Source of the DNA: Chrysomallon squamiferum
Lineage: Eukaryota; Animalia; Mollusca
Direction of reading: 5' to 3'
Length of the DNA stretch: 64,000 bases
Assembly (NCBI GenBank): GCA_012295275.1
Contig: CM022665.1
Location: forward strand, 496,001-560,000
The translations under genes and the position numbers were made by a program. Shown here one piece after another: positions 14,211-28,290 of the stretch. Positions within the stretch are counted from its first letter, which is position 1; each line of letters opens with the position of its first letter. Below the pieces are notes generated by a model, which was not told the origin of the DNA, did no database searches, and saw only the letters and a list, made by a program, of their open reading frames with translations.

Positions 14211-14716
14211 GACACTACACTGCACAGGTCTCTGACACTACACTGGACAGGTCTCTGACACTACACTGCACAGGTCTCTGACAATACACTGCACAGGTCT
14301 TTGACACTACACTGCACAGGTCTCTGACACTACACTGCACAGGTCTCTGACAATACACTGCACAGGTCTTTGACACTACACTGCACAGGTCTCTGACACT
14401 ACACTGCACATGCCTCTGACACTACACTGCACACGCCTCTGACACTACACTGCACACGCCTCTGACACTACACTGCACACGCCTCTGACAATACACTGCA
14501 CACGCCTCTGACAATACACTGCACACGTCTCTGACAATACACTGCACACGTCTCTGACAATACACTGCACACGTCTCTGACAATACACTGCACACGCCTC
14601 TGACAATACACTGCACACGCCTCTGACAATACACTGCACACGTCTCTGACAATACACTGCACACGTCTCTGACAATACACTGCACACGTCTCTGACAATA
14701 CACTGCACACGCCTCT
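14211..14716. repeat. 23-bp minisatellite, 22 head-to-tail copies
   Basis: Unit GACA(C/A)TACACTGCACA(G/C)G(T/C)CTCT with no spacers; 506 bp = 22 x 23. Confidence 0.95.
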
Positions 14717-16254
14717 AATAATGCGGTCGCGGTTTTGAAGAGACGCTGTCATGCACATGCACTGATACGAAGCTTGTCATTAAGATTTGTTGACCAAGCA
14801 AATATTTGCTTCTGATTTCTTCCATTATCAAAGTGATGGGAATCCGCTATGAGCCAAGTGGCCTTCAGGTGATTCAAATAGAAGTCTTTTTTTTTTTTTT
14901 TTTTTTTTTTTTTCCCTCTTTTTAAAATGTATTGTCCTCAAAAACAGGAAGCAAAAGATTAGAGCATTTTCTTTTTCTTTCTTTCTTTCTTTTTTTTTTA
15001 AACAGTAGAAATATATTTAAAATATTAAATAAAATAAATATCTGCAAAGCAAAAACATCCAAGACAATAATAAACCAATTTTATTAAAAGATAATTAAAA
15101 TCAATATGGAGACTAGAAATAAAATAAAGACAAGAATTATATATACACATAGATTGTAGATTTAAAAACGCTTCAAATATAATACGTGTGTGTATTCTCT
15201 ATATTTTGGACATGTATATTTTCTTCTGACCAAAATAAAGGACCTATGTCAGAAATATATATATATATATCAAATATCCATTCTATTAAAATTAATATAG
15301 GGCAGCAGATAATGATGCTACATAATCTTGATTTCTGTATAAAAATGTTGTTATCATCTATTTTCGAAGGAAAACTGCGATGATTTAAATAGTGTATGTT
15401 CTTTTGGTAGATATCAGTTACTACGTATTTTCAAACATCAGTTATATAGAAGTTAGTTTCAGTAAAATTAAAATAAAAAAAAACGTGAATGAAACAGCTG
15501 TTATGAACTTGTGTAACATTAATTTTTGGCACGTATACTCGAAGGTTCTAGAACAAGATGGATTGTACTTAAATGAACTTTGTCGATGTGTAAACTAATA
15601 CTTGAAACTACATGTTAGGTGTAAATATAAAATTACAAGTCTTTTGCACGTCTAAAGCTATTTTTTTTTTCAATATAGATGGCTGTCACGTGAAAGCCTC
15701 GATCCGGTTACACGCAAATGGACAAAGAACAAGATAAACGCATTTCACGTAATGCACGTCACTCCTTATTTATTGTGTGCCATTTGAACCGATATTACCT
15801 ACCTTTGTAATCCGCTGTCAGACACTGCATGAATGAAGCGCCCCAAAACGGCATTCATGTTACCAGATCAATGCCAAACTGTTTAACGGATAAAGACGAG
15901 ACAATAGAACACACTAACAGACACCACTCACATTAACAGTATATAAAATTTAGAAGCTATAAGGTTTTGCTTGATATTCCATTTAGTAATTAAATTACTG
16001 AAAAAGGGAATCTATTTTAGAAGAAAGCCTAAACTATTTATGTGCACATATCTTTTCTTTATGCACGTCTTTGTTTAAAATCTGATCATTTTCTAATGTG
16101 GATATCTGTTTGGTTTTTTTTTTTTTTTTTTTTCTATCAGAGAAGAAAGAACTGTTTCTTCGCTGTTACTGGTGAGCCAGGCAAATAAATAGAACATTAT
16201 CAGCATGTAACTTAACATCCGACAATTATTAATAAATACAGAATCATATTCAAT

Positions 16255-16297
<43 letters not shown>

Positions 16298-16402
16298 ATA
16301 GATGAATAGATAGATATATAGACAGATAGACAGATATAGATATAGATATATATTATTTCTGAGAAAAGTGGAAGAGCAAGGAGATGCCACAGCCTACATT
16401 AC

Positions 16403-16518
16403 CAATAATTAACAATATGATATCAATAATTAACAATATGATATAATAACATTAACAATATGATACGATATCAGTAATGATCAGTATGATATGATATTAA
16501 TAATTATCAATATGATAT
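16403..16518. repeat. Short degenerate ~21-bp tandem repeat
   Basis: CAATAATTAACAATATGATAT, two exact copies plus degenerate ones. Confidence 0.7.
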
Positions 16519-17095
16519 AGTTCAGAATTCAGTCAGTTTCTTAAGAAAATAGTTTGACAACATACATTCATTTCAATATCGCATTATCATCTCGCAATTC
16601 AGATAAAGCTTACGTTGTTAGAAATACAACAGCACCATCACTCATAAAGACGCAAGCAAGACGCTAAGTGATAAACGGTTGAAATTATACACGAGGGGTT
16701 AAAACATGAACACTTCGGCCGGACCGACTTACATCCATCTGGCGAGTTGATCGGGTTACTTAGATTCCGAAATCAATCATTTATTTTAATATCAAATAAA
16801 ATTTTAACCTATGAATACGCAATGAACTCTTGGTGGTTACAGATCATCAGAGTGACAACACCTTTGTAACGATGATGTATGAAGCTGTGGTTTAGGAGCA
16901 GTGTGCTGTCACAGCGACCGTGCTGTCGTGACAAACAGTCCAGAGCGCTTAATTGGATAACAAAACAAATTAGTTTATCAAAATCTCACTACAGCGGCTC
17001 CACAAATTAAATTAAAAGAGCAAAATTTTATCGAGATTTAGAACAGTTTTGTAGAAAACGATCAAATAATAATAAATAATTATGATGAAAATAGG

Positions 17096-17139
<44 letters not shown>

Positions 17140-17392
17140 GTAGAAGAAGAAGAAGAAGAAGAAGAAGAAGAAGAAGAAGAAGAAGAAGAAGAAGAAGAAG
17201 ATGATGATGTAGATAAGAAAATTAAAAATAGGATAATAAGAAGGAAAAATGATATAACTGTACTCATGGAGCTTTTCAGTTTCTTTATACAAATAAAACT
17301 AACTTTACAAAAATTACAGAAATAACCCCTGCGATTTTTTAAATAATCTATGTTCATTTTTCCTAAGAAATATATAATTAAATAAATAAATT

Positions 17393-17424
<32 letters not shown>

Positions 17425-18196
17425 AATAATAATAAAATTATTTAAACAAAAAAGAAAAGAAAAGAAATAAAGAAGAGAAAGAAGAAGAAGAAGAAGAAGA
17501 AGAAGAAGAAAGAAAGAAAGGAAGCCGACTTCGTACTGGGACCTTAACCCGGGAATTTCAAACCTGGAGAAAAGTCGATTCGAATCTGACAGCTCGCAGT
17601 AGATTGTTTGGTATTCTCAGTTTAACTTTTTTACTTTCGTGGGAATAAGTTTTAGTCAAAACGCTAATAGAATATATAAACCTATTAACCAAGAGATTGA
17701 TACTTGATTTAAAAAAAGGAGAAAAATCTATTTCTAGCCTTCTGTCATAGCCTTGATTTCGATTTATCGTTATAATGTCAGGTTTTGGAAAGCTGATAAA
17801 AGTGCTGGTATATAGATACATAAGTAATTATATACATGTACGTCCAAATGACGTCAGTGTTGTTCTGTTTGTTTTATTGTAAGTGTAAAAAATGAAGTTT
17901 ATCCTATAGTCAGTTAAAAATGATCGCTTTAACCCCCCCCCCCAAAAACCCCCACTAAAACATGATGAACAAACACTGCAATCTGATTTTTGATGGTCAG
18001 TCATATAATTAAATTGATTAACCTGGCGCGATCAATGCAGCATTGAAAATGAAGAACATTTTGTTTTAAATAGGTTATATAAACATAATGAAATTCTATG
18101 AGATTGAGACATTGTTGAGGATAAAAATAAATGTTACGCCAGTGTCGGTTCAAGATATATAACGGTATTCCTGTAGAAAAACTTCTTCAAAGAAAC

Positions 18197-18292
18197 TGCA
18201 TTAAAAATACGTGCTCTGGCCTTGTGCTCGTGCATTATGGCTAGTGCATTAAAAATACGTGCTCTGGCCTTATGCTCGTGCATTATGGCTAG
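18197..18292. repeat. 48-bp direct tandem duplication (2 copies, 1 mismatch)
   Basis: TGCATTAAAAATACGTGCTCTGGCCTT(G/A)TGCTCGTGCATTATGGCTAG x2. Confidence 0.95.
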
Positions 18293-18919
18293 TAAGATAC
18301 TTGAACTGTAGAGAACAATAAGTACGCTGCGATTAGGAACCATTAAAATTTCGCTAGAGTAACATCCCCTTTAAAGGATTACTGTTTGCGTGAGAAGCAG
18401 ACTGAGAATAAGAATAAGCGCGACTAGAAACATCTGATTATTTCTAACCAGTCTATGTTTTAGAACAGATCTGAACTTAGCCCATGTTTGCGACGAGACA
18501 AACTATTTCTTGTTTCACTCACACAGTCTCCTGCAGATCCATAGCCAGTTGACCCAGAGCGTCATGCTATGTGCCTTTTCATAAAATTTATTTTCCAATT
18601 AAAATCTACGGTTGGGGATATACTCTCTATAAGCTCAGCGAGATACCTGGTCATTTAATGCATTAACGCGTCAACGGTTTCTTGCATAACTGCTTTACAC
18701 AAAGAGAAAAATTATTTATGCTTTAGCATTAGAAGACGAAGAATTGTGACAAAATACGAGTTGCATTTTGTTACCAAGCACATTAATACATACATTAATA
18801 CATACATTAATACATACATACATTAATACATACATACATACATACTTATACAAAATACACACCGACCCACATATATAGCAACATAATTATACATAATATC
18901 GATGTGTTGTATATTTTAC

Positions 18920-19935
18920 ACTTAATATGTGACTATGAGCTATCTGTTATACATTTTAAAATGCTGTTTTGAACTCAGCATTACATAAAGGTGACTACGA
19001 ACTGTTAGTTATGTTGCAAGTAGTTACGGTTTATGAATTGTGTTACATGTACGTATTTGTATGCGTATCTGTGAACTGTGACTATGTACTTACTGCTTAT
19101 TTCATACACATACTTTTGGTACGTAATTATGAGCTCCGTGTTTAGGAATTATTTTACATTGTAATAAACTGTATGTTGCAGAAGCACATTTTGCTTGTGT
19201 GACTGTTTATTATGTTAAGTATTTTTAAATGTAACTGATGTATATGTTACGTACATTTAAATGTGAGAATGGGTTATAACGTATTTTAAATGTGACCATG
19301 AATTAAATACAGGTACCGGACCAATTATCCGGCGTCCTGAAATCCGGAAAGATCAGAAAACTGGAAGTTTTTTCCCGATGCTATTTTCATAGTTCACGCG
19401 TGCTGGTGTTGTCCTCACCAGACCAGAACTACTCTTTCAAGCCGCGTGGCGTTCATTCACTCGCCGCATTGTTTACGTGTTGAGTCGCCACAGTTGTGTA
19501 TCATCAATTTTCTTTATGTTTTTAATTTTAAAATGTTTATGCCTAATTATTTACGCATTTAGATGCCTTGGTACCAGAACACCGGAAAATCCAGAAATCC
19601 GGAATGCCTCAGGCCCCAAGGAGTCCGGATAATTGGTCCGGTACCTGTATTACGTATTTTTAAATGTGACTATGAAACTGTGTGCACGTATTTTAATATG
19701 ACTATGAACTATGTTCAAATAGGATAATAAATTATGAATTACGTATTTTTAAATGTAAGTATGAACTATGTATTATATATCTTTAAATGTGACTATGAAC
19801 TAGATTTTACGTATATTTAAATGTGACTTTCTGTTATGTACTAGGTATTTTTAAATGTAACTACAACACACATTTATTTAAGCGCAGTAAATTGTGTTAC
19901 GTATTTTTAGATGTCACTATGGTCTGTTTTACCTA
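18920..19935. repeat. Degenerate ~34-bp tandem satellite, interrupted by the MITE
   Basis: Recurrent unit approximating TTACGTATTTTTAAATGTGACTATGAACTATG, e.g. at 19280, 19650, 19740, 19807 and 19897. Confidence 0.75.
19310..19647. mobile_element. Non-autonomous DNA transposon (MITE), Tc1/mariner-pogo (Tigger-like), 338 bp
   Basis: Perfect 23-bp terminal inverted repeats CAGGTACCGGACCAATTATCCGG (19310-19332) / CCGGATAATTGGTCCGGTACCTG (19625-19647), flanked by TA on both sides (19308-19309, 19648-19649). Subterminal AAATCCGGAA repeats at both ends; no coding capacity. Confidence 0.9.
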
Positions 19936-20845
19936 TATGACAAAGAAAGTTATAAAATATCGGTTTTTAAGTGAAAAATAAAATAGAAATAGCTCCAGTT
20001 AGCAAATTCCTAACTGAATTTATTTTGTAAATTAATTAATATCGTTTCTGGTTTACCCACAAATTATTTAATCTTCATTATCTTTGTTTTATTTATAAGT
20101 TAAAGAAATTACATTTTGAAATATCAGTATACAGATCTAATTTTATATCTAAAACAGAGGTGTTACAAAACAGTTCCAACTTTCCACAACAAACAATGCT
20201 TTGTTTTTCAAACCGAGTTAAAATTAAATTTCACTGTTAATTATGCAGGTAGGCTGTAAACATTTGTTGCAAAAGTTGTCCATTAAAATAAATGAACAGG
20301 CTCGTGAAACACATGGCTGATGTTTGGTTTCGCACTACGTATTGTAATTTGATGTATTATTGCATACATTGACATATTTGTTTAGAAACAAATATTATCA
20401 CCTCGAAATATGCGCATTAATTTAAATTAAACTGTTCATTTTAAATTCATTGTCTTATCGGAAGATCATAAATTTTCAGTTGGAAAGTGACATAACAGAC
20501 ATTTCAGCCACCGCGGTACACAACAGATGTGAAACTCAGAAAAACACAGCAGAATAGTTCAGCGAGAAATCCGCGAACGTGCCAAGAACGGAATAAATAC
20601 TTTCATTTGCAAAATACTGAAACATTTTCATTCCATTCTAAATGTATCTCTGCTTTCTACTAAGCTTAATACATACTAATCATTTAACATTACTAATTTT
20701 TTCTTTGTTTCTTATGTATGTTTTTTAATATTTACATGCTGCTTCACATTATATTCTCTTTATTTTCATTTTCGAAAATCTAGTAAGTAGTTCAAAACAC
20801 TGAAAGAAAATTTGTATAACACTAGATTATTTTAATATATATATA

Positions 20846-20880
<35 letters not shown>

Positions 20881-22248
20881 GATTATATAAAGAGAGATGG
20901 AGACACGCACACAAAGGCAGACATTTTTATATATATGTAGATAAATACATAGATAAAAATATAGATAGATAGAAAGACAGATAGATAGATAGACAGACAG
21001 GCAAACAGATAAAAAGAAAGACAGACAGTAACACATATAGATTAATAGAAAATTAATACATTTTAGAATTGAAAATTAGTTTTTGAGGTGTTTTCATTGT
21101 GTCTGTGCAGTGTTTTTATGTGACGTTCACTGACAAATATAAGTTGATATGGAAACCACTGGACTAGCAAATCGCTCAGTCTCAGAAATCACTTGTAACA
21201 GAAAAACATTGCTTAGCTCTGTTTCTAAAACACATCCTAATTTGATTAAATATGAAATCTTTGTGGATCGCTCGGAGTTCTTTCGTTGTAAACGCTTTTG
21301 TGCGTGACTTTTAGCGGGATAGGTTGGAACGGTTGAAATCGTTTATTATTTTCAGTATGCGCTGTCATGCCGTGCGTGTCTCCCTGCGTCGTGTTCACTT
21401 CACCGTTCAGCTACGTCTGATTAACTCTCTACTCACCTATTACCTAGCAAACCGTGGCGAGAAAATTAACTCTCATGTAAATCATCATCATCATCATCAT
21501 CATCATTAAAAATATTATTATTATTATTATCATTAAAATAGAATTTTCTAATCAGTATAAGTTCTTGATATAAATAAACTAATATAAAATAGTATAAAAT
21601 ACAGGTGAGAGAGTAATTTGACAGAAAACAGTTTCTCCGAGGAAGCAAAAGCAAAAAACAAAATTACGTTATAAGTATTGTACACGATTACCTTATTCCT
21701 AAAAACACTGTTGTACTTAATCTGAGTTCTTTTTTTTCCGGTTGTTTCCTTATAATTCAAATCATGCAGCTGTTTTGCAGATGTATTCCTATAACAAGCA
21801 GAAAAACGATTTTTTATCTGTTTAAACAAAAGACATCTAATTATACACCATAATGCTTTAACTACTTGCTTTCCTTGTATGAAAATATGATCACCGTTTT
21901 GCACACAGACACGCACACATATAATAAATGGATGTGTGTAGTTTGTATAAAACAAATATTTATATATACGAACCAAATGTATTAATAAATTTTTAAAGTA
22001 TATTCCATATCTGATTATCGCGAGTGTTGAATTAAATTAGGGTAATAATTTAGATACATTATTCAAAAAAAGCTGCAATAAAAATAAGTAAATATTATAT
22101 GTATGTTTTAACAGCAGCCAAGTATAATAATATTAGGTCGCTTTCAGAGATTAGGAAACAGTAATTTATAATCATTTTGTGCTAGAAATTACTGTTTTAA
22201 AAAATATCGTATTCTTGAATGAGTAAATCACCAACCTACACATACACA

Positions 22249-22541
<293 letters not shown>

Positions 22542-23047
22542 TTATTTTATACGTTTGCACTAGTGCTTTAATCTTAGGAATGAATGATAGAGGGATACAA
22601 AACACACTGAAAACAGTTACTCAGTCACAATTAGGCTTGAAAGGTTTTATTATTGTGTAAAATGTATAAACACTCAGTGCACTGTCATACTAACAGAAAG
22701 GGAGTGTTTATAATCGAGTTCAATGTTATGTTAACGCAGCTTCTCATATAATTAATTTTTTGAAATATTACAGTATTTCCTACAACGGGAAGGTCTGCAT
22801 ACATATGAACATTTCTTTCCGTGGGAGAACATGACTGTTTAATAATTAATGAAAAAGTCTATGAACATTCACATAGCGAATTATTCAGCATGACTAATTA
22901 AATTCGTTGATCACTCCATCAATAGTGAGAATGAATTCAGATATAATTAAGTTATAACTGGAACAAGGAACACATTTTTTTTATTTTTATTTTATTTTTT
23001 TTTTTAAACATTTTTTGTTTATATATATATATTTTTTTTGTTATGGA

Positions 23048-23135
<88 letters not shown>

Positions 23136-23416
23136 TTTTTCTGGCTTGAAATGAAATATTTCTTTTTCTTTTATTTCGTTTTGGTGTTTCGGTTACTGTA
23201 AAGATAAATAAATTGTATATGTGAATGACAGAGAAGCCAAGACAAAGTTTGTGACAATAATTAAACTGTGAAATCTGTTGTGAATTTTTTCTCTGATAAG
23301 GACATAGTACAATTTTAAATTTTATATTTGTTCTAATCCGAAAAAACGAAATAAATTGTAAAAGCGAATGGTGAAGCAAAATTAAAGTTCACGTTTTATT
23401 ATATGTTCAGTATTAT

Positions 23417-23645
23417 CCATCCATCCATCCATCTATCCATACATACATACATACATACACACACATATATACATACATACACACACACACATACATACAT
23501 ACATACATACACACACACATATATACATACATACACACACACACATATATACATACATACACACACACACACATATATACATACATACACACACACACAT
23601 ACATACATACATACATACGCACGCATGCACATACACACACACACA
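23417..23645. repeat. Compound (TCCA)/(TACA)/(CA) microsatellite
   Basis: Direct inspection. Similar tracts at 41411-41520, 50849-51082, 61595-61812 and 63934-64000. Confidence 0.9.
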
Positions 23646-26600
23646 AAACATGCTATGCAAAGGGCCATACAATGTCAGACGCTGTTTAAAAAAATTCTGT
23701 CAGAAAATGTTCAAACCATTAATCTGCATATGACGCATAAGGAGATGATTAAACAGACAGCGACTGTCACTGAGCCGGGCAGGTAAGAGAACGCTGGTGA
23801 TCAGCTTACACACCAACAGGTGTAGTAACCATAATTTCTACAAAATGGGTGTTGAGGACAGCTTGTTACGACAGCTTGTAACATCCCGACGAACTTTGCC
23901 GTATTACTCAGTCTAAATGTTTGTTTATAGATTTTCTCTCTGAAACTACAAGGTCTTCCTACATCTTCACCATGTTTTATTTTAATTTGCTGTTGTTGTT
24001 AATATTACAGTCAGATGTTTTTCGTTCAGATTTTTGTTGTTGATTTACATCAGACGTTAGAATGTTAGATTTCGATATATTTTGTTTCTCATTTTTTTTG
24101 GCTTAGGTAAGGTTTTAATGATCTGAAATGAGACACAATTAATATTTTTCAGTGTTTGACGTCTTTAAAATCACCGAGTTGTATCCCTTCCCACGTGGTA
24201 ACGCTGGCTTAGTTTTAGCATGAACAACCTAGACGACGTCAAAATGAAATTAGATGTTTTTCTTTGTCAATATAATATGTTCATGCTTGTGATACATTGT
24301 ATTTTAATTACAATACCGACTGAACATCATCATCATCATCATAATAATAATGTTGTTGTTGTTTTTTTTTGAAAATCTGTGTGTAATGTAATGTTATATA
24401 ACTATTTAATTTGAATACTTAGTTGTCAAAGAGAATACCTATAATTATAGTAAACTCATTAGACTCTAATTAAGATATAATAAAAATTAAAGTAGCTGAG
24501 TCAAAAAGCCATTTATTATATTTATGTATAAGTACATGCATATGACGTATTAACTTCAAAATGCAATAAGTAACACATATCATCAATTAAAGACGCATTA
24601 AAATCTTACTAAACCTCGATTTACCTTGTGTAAATAGTAACAACGTTGTTACGGTTGATTTATTATTAACTGTATTACTATTCGTGCCGCTGCAATTACC
24701 ACTTTATTACTATTACAGCTTATTTTTGCTATTATTTCCAAAATAATTCGTTACTTTTATTTCTAAATATCTGGTTTACCGTAATCCCGTGTCTTTTATT
24801 TTATGTTTAACTCACACTTAATTTACACAGCGTCTAGCACGAACAAACAGGCAATACACACAGATTGGACAGGGTAAAATAGTTTAATTAAACGTGTACA
24901 AGTCCCAGAACAAACAGAGATGGCCGTCATACCAAGTTCACTCGGTAAATTTCGGGTGGCGGCTTCTGTATGTGTGCAAGATATGTGCAAACAGCTGAAG
25001 GGTTCTCTCTCCGCCAAGCAGAGTATCTTTTTTCCTCTGTTCAAGATCTTTGAGTAAATTAATTTAATCATACATAACGGTTGATGAAAAGAGTATTTGG
25101 TTTGTGTAAATTAGCCCAGGTGATTTAGAAGTGCTATATTTAACTGGCCGTCGAAGACAAGGGATAATTATTTTGAGACAATGAATGGATGCTAAAAACA
25201 GAGTACACAGATAAAGATATGCGTGCGTTTTGAATTCATTAAAAAGGTATAACTGTATGGAATATTAGAAATGAAACAACTCTACAATAAAAAAAAAAAA
25301 AAATAAAAAAAAAAAAATAATAATAATAAATTGCTAGTGGGGTTTTATCTTATATATGTATATGCGTATATTTTGATTTATATACTTGCACGTTTGGACC
25401 GTGTATATGTGTTTGTGATGGGTATGATAAAAACAAAAAAAACAAAAAATGTACTAGCCAGTGTTGCAGAATACTGTGTGTACGAATTCTTTCGGAACAA
25501 AATATTTCTTTGAGCATTTGTAATTTAGAAAGTGACACATGGAGGAAAACATGAAAAGAGTGGAACAAATGCTCGCACAGATTAAGAGATAAAAGGCTTA
25601 ACGAGAAAGCAGAGCGTGCAGCAGTCTGCGCGAGCGGAGTCCTCGTGCAGATACACACTTCGTTCAGTATGTATGACGTTTCATTATATTCACAGCCGAG
25701 CAGATTAACATGGTGGGTACGAAACAAACGCGAACTGTCACTCGACGTGTGTGTATTGTCACACAGTCCGTTCTGGTAGCTGGCTTCTTATGTATATTTA
25801 TGTAAATAGTCTTTGTTCATACATTTTCTTTTCGTGACCACAGTGCCAAACTGTCAAGTGTATTTGAATCCTAACATGCCTATTTACATTTAATTAAACG
25901 TGGTGTATGAATTAATTACACTCACTTTCTAGTTACTTCTGATATAGATCTTATTGACAAATAAAAAGATGTGAAACAAACATTTTGTGTAACTATATTT
26001 CACAGGAGTATTCAGCTCTCTGCTGGTCAGAGGAAGTCGCTTACATTTTCTTTCTTTTCTTCTTTCTTTATTTTTGAAAATTAGGAAACGCCTCAGCTCC
26101 GCTTATCAAAAACAGTCAAAATAAAACTAAACTTATTTAGGACAGTATTATTATATTTCATAAACGAAAAAAAAAAAAAAAAAAAACAACAAACAAAACA
26201 GCCCAAATGTAGTGGTTTGAAAATTATTCTAATATGCATCGTGTTACTGCTGTTGTCGCTGGGTGTGACGTAGTTGACGCTGTTACACTTGTTACACACC
26301 TCACTGAACTCGCAAACCACTGAGCCGTGTCGTTTTTAACACATCTGACATTTTTACACAGATAACTACATTTCAAAATAATCAACAACTGTAGTGTGTA
26401 CAGAAAGACAGTTTCACTCTTTACTGGGTACCTTTACATTTTATAATAAAGGAGTTTTGTTTGTTTTTGTTGTTTTTTTAATAAATGTATATGCAAGTTT
26501 ACTTTTTTTGTAAAATTCGTATTTAAAAGCTGTAACCATTAATTAAATTATTTTAATTACAGGCCTGAATTTTTGTTTACCAACTCATCTGTCTACCAGC

Positions 26601-27772
26601 ATATATTATATATTAAGCTACTGAACTCGAGAAAAACAAACAAAACAAAACAAACAAATAAAAATGCCCCCAAAACAGAACAGAAAATAGAAAAAAAAAC
26701 AAAAAAAACCGGAAGAACAAAAACTAAAAACAACCAGTAGCATAACAAAGCAGCTACTGTACTTAAGAAAAACGGAAAAAAATAAATAAAAAAATAAATA
26801 AAAAAATAAAAATAAATAAATAAAAAATAAAAATAAAAATATAAATAAATAAATTAAAGCACTAGCGATATTTGTATATTCACTGATTATGACAAAACAG
26901 AGTCACCTGTTTGATCCAAACAACATAACTGTGTTTACCTCGTGACTCAACAGTTATTGTATTATATTATTTCGAAGTATTGAAGATAAAATATAAGTAA
27001 AATATTAGTTTTGTCCTTTTTACGTGCAGATATAATATTTCCATCTATCGCTGCATTTTCTATGTAAACACTGTTTCTGTTAATTTAAAACAAACAAACA
27101 ACAACAACAACAACAACAACAACAATAATAATAATAAAATAATAATAATAATAATAAAAACAAATAATAATAATAATAAATACTAAATAATAATAATAAT
27201 GATAGTAATAAATAATAAATAATAACAACAACAACAGCAACAATGATGATGATAGCGATGATGATGATGATAATGGTGACTATGGTGATGATGATAATTT
27301 AACTCATTTGCGAATGTTGCGATGATATAGAGTTGTATTTTACTAACAACATTTCAAAGATGCGTGCACGCACATAATCGAAAGACATTTTTTTTTTTTT
27401 TTTTTTTTTTTGCAGTGTCTCGTTCATTTCAAAACTTCTGAAAGCATTTTTATAGACTATTTACAAAGAATATAAATAAAGCTTTACAACAATTCATTAC
27501 CTATATATACACTTGTAGCATCGATTAATATCCTTTTCAGAAGTTTGCTGCTTTATATTCCACACGTGTATTACAATGCAGCTGGTGAATAGATAAAACT
27601 ATCATGTTCAGAATATCTATACATAACTAACACGTAATTAGCATACGAATGTCATTAATACATTTTACTGTCATTTATTGCAGGTTCTGAACGAATCGGT
27701 TAAATATCATTTAATGTAATAGACTTTCTTCTCTGTGTCCATCTTTCTTTCTCTCCCGTGAGCGAAAGTGAA

Positions 27773-28290
27773 TACATACATACATACAAATATACATACA
27801 TGCATACATACATACATACATACATGCATACATACATACATACATACATATATACATACATACAAATATACATACATACTTACATACATATATACATACA
27901 TACAAATATACATACATACATACATACATACATACATACATCCATCCATACATACATACATACATACATACAGACATACATACATACATACATATATACA
28001 TACATACAAATATACATACATACTTACATACATACATATATACATACATACAAATATACATACATACTTACATACATATATACATACATACAAATATACA
28101 TACATACATACATACATACATCCATCCATCCATACATACATACATACATACATACAGACATACATACATACATACATATATACATACATACAAATATACA
28201 TACATACATACATACATACATACATACATACATACATACATACATACATACATACTTACATACATACTTACATACATACATACATACATA
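27773..28290. repeat. Compound (TACA)n microsatellite with higher-order structure
   Basis: TACA array with recurring variant blocks (TATATACA, CAAATATA, TACTTACA, TCCATCCA, CAGACATA). Confidence 0.95.

Noticed and set aside
14211-14716. CRISPR array or Cys-rich protein ORFs (14215-14758)
   Set aside because: The units are contiguous with no unique spacers, the context is eukaryotic and there are no cas genes. The ORFs are translations of the 23-bp repeat in several frames.
17520-17600. tRNA/SINE-like segment
   Set aside because: Only a degenerate B-box resemblance, with no A-box spacing or cloverleaf.
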